Of a stretch of 41,879 nucleotides of DNA, positions 38,451 to 41,879 are shown piece after piece (position 1 is the stretch's first letter; each line of letters opens with the position of its first letter). Below the pieces are notes generated by a model. The model did no database searches. It was not told the DNA's origin and worked only from the letters and a program-made list of their open reading frames with translations. A program made the translations under genes and the position numbers. This stretch comes from Promethearchaeota archaeon (GTDB taxonomy: Archaea; Asgardarchaeota; Lokiarchaeia; Sigyniarchaeales; SOKP01), in contig JAHPZI010000016.1 of assembly GCA_019058295.1 (NCBI GenBank), positions 58,021-99,899 of the forward strand, in the 5' to 3' direction.

Positions 38451-39665
38451 TCATACTAATGTTTTAGCAGATTCTTGCATCTCTAACACTTTTTTAGGAG
38501 ATAATCCGCTAATTTGAGAAGCTATATCTTCTGGATCTGCCGTCAGTAAATCATCTACGCTTTTTATACCCAGTGAACTAAGGTTATTTGCAGTTCCCTT
38601 ACCAATTCCTTTCACGTTTGTCAGCGAAACTCTGCTAGAATCTTCTTGCTTACTGCTTTCCTCATAAAGAGTTTCGACCTCGAAATCCAATACAGGGGCA
38701 TCCACGGATGGCATCTCAACTTTATCAGTATCGGCAATTCCGGCAGAAGTTATAAAAAATTCACATTCTTCGGGGGGTAAATCGGGAGCGTCGACTATTA
38801 TGGCCCTTCGTTTCAATGAATTATTAGAAGAAAAGCCCTTTGTCTTAAACATTACCCTAAAATGTGCGGCGTGAGCTAATATATTCCCACCGATAGCATC
38901 TTCGGAAGAAAACATCCCCATCATTTTGACTGTCACTTGATTCGTAAGCAACACAGCACAATTATATGTCTCTGCAATCCTTGATAAAGCGTGAAGCATG
39001 TTATTAAGAACACTCTGACGTTTTGCTAACACTCCTATACCTACATACTCCGCACGCATAAGGGACATTAAGCTATCTACCACTATCAATCTTACATTAC
39101 GGGTTTTACACATAGTCTCTGCTTTCATTATCATCTGTGCTTGATGATCTGAACTATAGATCCTGGCGTGATAAATTTTAGAAAGAACTTCAGAAGGATT
39201 AAGTCCAAATCTTTTTGCGATACGCTTAATCTTCTCTTTTGAAAAGGTATTTTCTGTATCAATATATACTACAGCACTTTCAAGCCCCCCTCGTTTTTTA
39301 GGTAATTGAACTGTGACTGATAAAGTATGAGCAAGATTAGTTTTACCAGATTTAAATGGACCATAAACTTCTGTTAATTTTCCAGTTTGAAATCCGCCGC
39401 CTAAAATTCTATTTAATTCAGAGGAACCAGTAGTCATAAACTCGACATTCTCATCAATATCTGAAGCAGTAACAAAATCAGTCATTCCTAAAGCGTTTCT
39501 TGCGTTCCATATTAGTTTTTTTGCAGTTTTCTCTCCAAGTCCATCGATTGAAGACACTGATTCACCATTAGACATTGCTAAAGCTTCGGCAGTACTAATG
39601 CCATTTTCTTGAAGTAGTTTTATCTGCCGAGCGTTAATTCCTTTAATTTGACTAAGATCTGACAT
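38451..39665 (-). CDS. radA: RadA/Rad51-family recombinase paralog with additional C-terminal HhH domain
   Basis: N-terminal HhH domain, FxxA (FVTA), TTGSSELNRILGGG, Walker A GPFKSGKT, YIDTENTF, Walker B LIVVDS, RAEY, TNQV, GGNILAHA; C-terminal LTNVKGIGKGTANNLSSLGIKSVDDL. Confidence 0.9.
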   Translation of the reverse strand: MSDLSQIKGINARQIKLLQENGISTAEALAMSNGESVSSIDGLGEKTAKKLIWNARNALGMTDFVTASDIDENVEFMTTGSSELNRILGGGFQTGKLTEVYGPFKSGKTNLAHTLSVTVQLPKKRGGLESAVVYIDTENTFSKEKIKRIAKRFGLNPSEVLSKIYHARIYSSDHQAQMIMKAETMCKTRNVRLIVVDSLMSLMRAEYVGIGVLAKRQSVLNNMLHALSRIAETYNCAVLLTNQVTVKMMGMFSSEDAIGGNILAHAAHFRVMFKTKGFSSNNSLKRRAIIVDAPDLPPEECEFFITSAGIADTDKVEMPSVDAPVLDFEVETLYEESSKQEDSSRVSLTNVKGIGKGTANNLSSLGIKSVDDLLTADPEDIASQISGLSPKKVLEMQESAKTLV

Positions 39666-39713
39666 TTTTTTTTCAATAAAATATAATTATTTAATCTTAG
39701 GTAAAACTCTGAA

Positions 39714-39728
39714 TATTTAAAGAAAAAA
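39714..39728 (-). promoter_or_regulatory. Shared motif TTTTTTCTTTAAATA, 48 nt before the radA ATG
   Basis: Exact 15-mer copy. Confidence 0.6.
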
Positions 39729-39737
39729 TATATAAAT

Positions 39738-39837
39738 AAAAAAAAAGAGTAGAAAAAGAAAAATAAAACGCTACTGACAAGGAAAGGATACTTGGGGGGA
39801 TTAAGTTGATTGAATGCGTTTTATTACCTTCTTCTAC
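39738..39837 (-). ncRNA. Candidate ~90-100 nt structured small RNA
   Basis: GC-elevated island with paired ends (aataaaacgc 39762-71 / gcgttttatt 39816-25; gtagaa 39749-54 / ttctac 39832-37). TATA (TTTATATA, 39868-39861) lies ~24 nt upstream and a U-tract follows downstream on the minus strand. Confidence 0.45.
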
Positions 39838-39916
39838 GTGACAATTAGATATTTTAAATATATATAAAAAAAAAAAGAAAAATAAAAAAGCTCAGATGTA
39901 AAAATTGAAGAAATTA

Positions 39917-40627
39917 TTAAACAAATTTAAGGCCTGTATCACCTAATTGATATTTAAAACCATAAGTAAAATCTTCGCATTCTACAGTCATTTGATTTCT
40001 CCCATCTCTGAAATCTTTAGATAAAAAGATATTAAGACAATCAATTCTGGAAAATAGCTTATTTAAAAAAGGCAAGATCTTATCTGAAGCTGGGCTATAA
40101 GAAACTTCGTGAATAATAATAAGCTTAATTGATTCTCTTTCGCAAAACATAATGAGGGGATATAGTTGCTCACTAAAAAATGGATTTACAAGAGCAGAAT
40201 ATCCGCAAAAGCCTTCAGCTTTCATGATTTCAAATCTTAAATAGTGTGATATGTTATCAATAACGATAAATTTCAAATTATAAGGAAGAATTGAATTTTT
40301 CTTGACAAATTTACTAATAACATCTGCTTGTTGAGAATATGACATGCATGGTCCATCAGAAGGAATTACAAAAATATTTTTAGTCAAATAATCTAATTTA
40401 CTAGGCTTATCCTTAAACATTTGATATAATCTTTGCTTAGAAAAAGCTTCACTTGCTTGAAACCATACACAGCAATCCTCGTAAGGCTCTGAGTATGTTA
40501 AAAGGGTCCCAATAACCTGCAATGATAAAGTAGATTTACCCGTTCCGGAAGCTCCATATATCGAAATAACAGCCTTTCGTGAAAATAATCTATTAAAATC
40601 AGTAAAAACTTTATCTTGAGTTATCAT
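39917..40627 (-). CDS. RadB/Rad51-paralog-like RecA-fold ATPase (core domain only)
   Basis: ISIYGASGTGKSTL, WFQASEAFSKQRL, Walker B FIVIDNISHYLR, IIIHEV. Confidence 0.8.
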   Translation of the reverse strand: MITQDKVFTDFNRLFSRKAVISIYGASGTGKSTLSLQVIGTLLTYSEPYEDCCVWFQASEAFSKQRLYQMFKDKPSKLDYLTKNIFVIPSDGPCMSYSQQADVISKFVKKNSILPYNLKFIVIDNISHYLRFEIMKAEGFCGYSALVNPFFSEQLYPLIMFCERESIKLIIIHEVSYSPASDKILPFLNKLFSRIDCLNIFLSKDFRDGRNQMTVECEDFTYGFKYQLGDTGLKFV

Positions 40628-40631
40628 AAAT

Positions 40632-40988
40632 CTAATTTTCTAGTAGTTCAAGAATTTGTCTTTTAGTCCTTTCAATTTGTTCTTCCCTATCATCGGGCTC
40701 ATCTTGATAAAAATCGTTATACTCTTTACTGGAAGTTGAGTTAATCAATTGTTGGGCAACAACTAAGGTAACTAAATCATCCACTCTATTATCCCTTAAA
40801 GAATTGCTACCTTTAAAAAAACCTCCCCGCCCTTCCTTACGTCTCCCCTTTCTTGCTTTAAAAAACAAGTAAAGAGCAAGAAAAATTACAACAATAACTA
40901 CGGTTATTACAGGATCTTTCTGATAATACATCAAAAACGCAATTATCAACACAAAAAATAAAAATATTTTCATTTTTTTCATCACCAA
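40632..40988 (-). CDS. Small 2-TM membrane protein with helical cytoplasmic tail
   Basis: Two N-terminal hydrophobic helices; overlaps the upstream stop and sits 4 nt from the downstream start. Confidence 0.75.
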   Translation of the reverse strand: MVMKKMKIFLFFVLIIAFLMYYQKDPVITVVIVVIFLALYLFFKARKGRRKEGRGGFFKGSNSLRDNRVDDLVTLVVAQQLINSTSSKEYNDFYQDEPDDREEQIERTKRQILELLEN

Positions 40989-41785
40989 TGAGGTTCTTCT
41001 ATTCCTAATTTATAAGGTTTAGCTGGTTTAAACCTTTTCCGAGTAAATGCTCCAAGCTTGACTCTATTAGACGTACTTAATCCTTCAGACCGAGACAAGA
41101 AAATTAATTTGTTAATACCCCTAAATAGATATTTAAGAATAAAATATAAAAAGCCAATAATCACGAAGTATAGAAAATTAAAAGCTAGTCTGATATTATA
41201 ATACGTAGTGATTAGCCATATTGACAAACCAGATAAAAGTACTAAAAAGATTTGATATATCGAGTAACGAGGATCGCTTTTAAAAGAGGCAACCATAGTT
41301 ACGAAATCTTGGTGAGAAGGAGCAGCTCCCATTAATAATGAAGCACAAAATAAACCTGCTAACACTCGAATAAAATCGTCAAATGAGGGAGTTAAAACAA
41401 TGGAGAGGGACCAAAAGAAAAGCCAAGTAGATATATACAAAGGCGCAAAAGTAACCATGAAATCTTGCATAAAAGACATTTTTTTATCGTTTTTTAAAGA
41501 GACAGAACCGTGAGGGTTGACTTGCCTTGTAACTTCGTCTAAAAGTTTTACTTTAATTTTGTCTGTTGGAACACCAAGAAGTTTGCATATGAGAAAATGG
41601 CTAAGCTCATGAACTATAACACCAACAAACGCTAAACCATTTACAATATGCCTAAACGGACCTATTTTATTACGAGCACGCATTAATATACTCCACAATG
41701 CATATGATACAATAAAAGCTAATGGAAGAATAATCAAAGGACCAAACATAGGATCAAGTAATAAATAAATCAACACTTCGAGCAT
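40982..41785 (-). CDS. Membrane zinc metalloprotease (M50/M50B-like, HExxH)
   Basis: GVIVHELSHFLIC within TM context, FAPL, APSHQD; multiple TMs. Confidence 0.75.
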   Translation of the reverse strand: MLEVLIYLLLDPMFGPLIILPLAFIVSYALWSILMRARNKIGPFRHIVNGLAFVGVIVHELSHFLICKLLGVPTDKIKVKLLDEVTRQVNPHGSVSLKNDKKMSFMQDFMVTFAPLYISTWLFFWSLSIVLTPSFDDFIRVLAGLFCASLLMGAAPSHQDFVTMVASFKSDPRYSIYQIFLVLLSGLSIWLITTYYNIRLAFNFLYFVIIGFLYFILKYLFRGINKLIFLSRSEGLSTSNRVKLGAFTRKRFKPAKPYKLGIEEPHW

Positions 41786-41806
41786 GAAAAATAATACTTA
41801 CGAAGT

Positions 41807-41821
41807 TATTTAAAGAAAAAA
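41807..41821 (-). promoter_or_regulatory. Shared motif TTTTTTCTTTAAATA, 21 nt before ATG 41785
   Basis: Exact 15-mer copy. Confidence 0.6.
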
Positions 41822-41879
41822 TAAGGATTGGGTACCAAATTCAGTGATGATTCGATGATTTAATCATAATTTGTGTAAT

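Noticed and set aside
30192-41879. Integrated virus or plasmid call for the recombination cluster
   Set aside because: No integrase, tRNA/att site, capsid, primase/polymerase or obvious compositional break is seen. It cannot be fully excluded because the cluster may continue past the window edge.
41840-41879. GTGATGA (C-box-like) near the window end suggesting a C/D sRNA
   Set aside because: No D box is visible before the window ends, so evidence is insufficient

Overview
AT-rich archaeal genomic window. It is most likely from an Asgard archaeon of the Lokiarchaeia/Promethearchaeota type, inferred from the MglA-like GTPase plus roadblock pair, a possible longin-like protein, archaeal RadA/FEN1/RPA and geranylgeranyl reductase, and frequent TTG starts. 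Bases 1-7.7 kb hold two tandem paralogous ~1,300-aa membrane-anchored surface proteins; the first is missing from the ORF track because it runs off the edge, and the two share a 349-bp perfectly identical tract. Bases 7.9-30 kb are mostly housekeeping or accessory genes: a TrmB-like coiled-coil regulator, GNAT, MBL hydrolase, RHH regulator, PH-like membrane paralogs, GGR, acyl-CoA dehydrogenase plus EtfBA, a membrane alpha/beta hydrolase, an orphan HerA-like ATPase, bacterial-type GAPDH, TPR proteins and a ferredoxin. The most interesting part is ~30.2-41.8 kb. It clusters divergent DNA-processing genes (RadA with an extra C-terminal HhH domain, RadB-like, FEN1, RPA, TopA-type Zn ribbon) with an MglAB-like switch, a Zn-ribbon-less TFB-like protein, two pilin-like membrane proteins, an M50-like protease and a candidate small RNA. 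Many of these transcription units are preceded by the same unusual T-rich promoter motif, TTTTTTCTTTAAATA. I interpret this as a candidate co-regulated DNA-exchange/recombination (or developmental) regulon with its own alternative TFB. This is a hypothesis from sequence reading only; no database searches were run.
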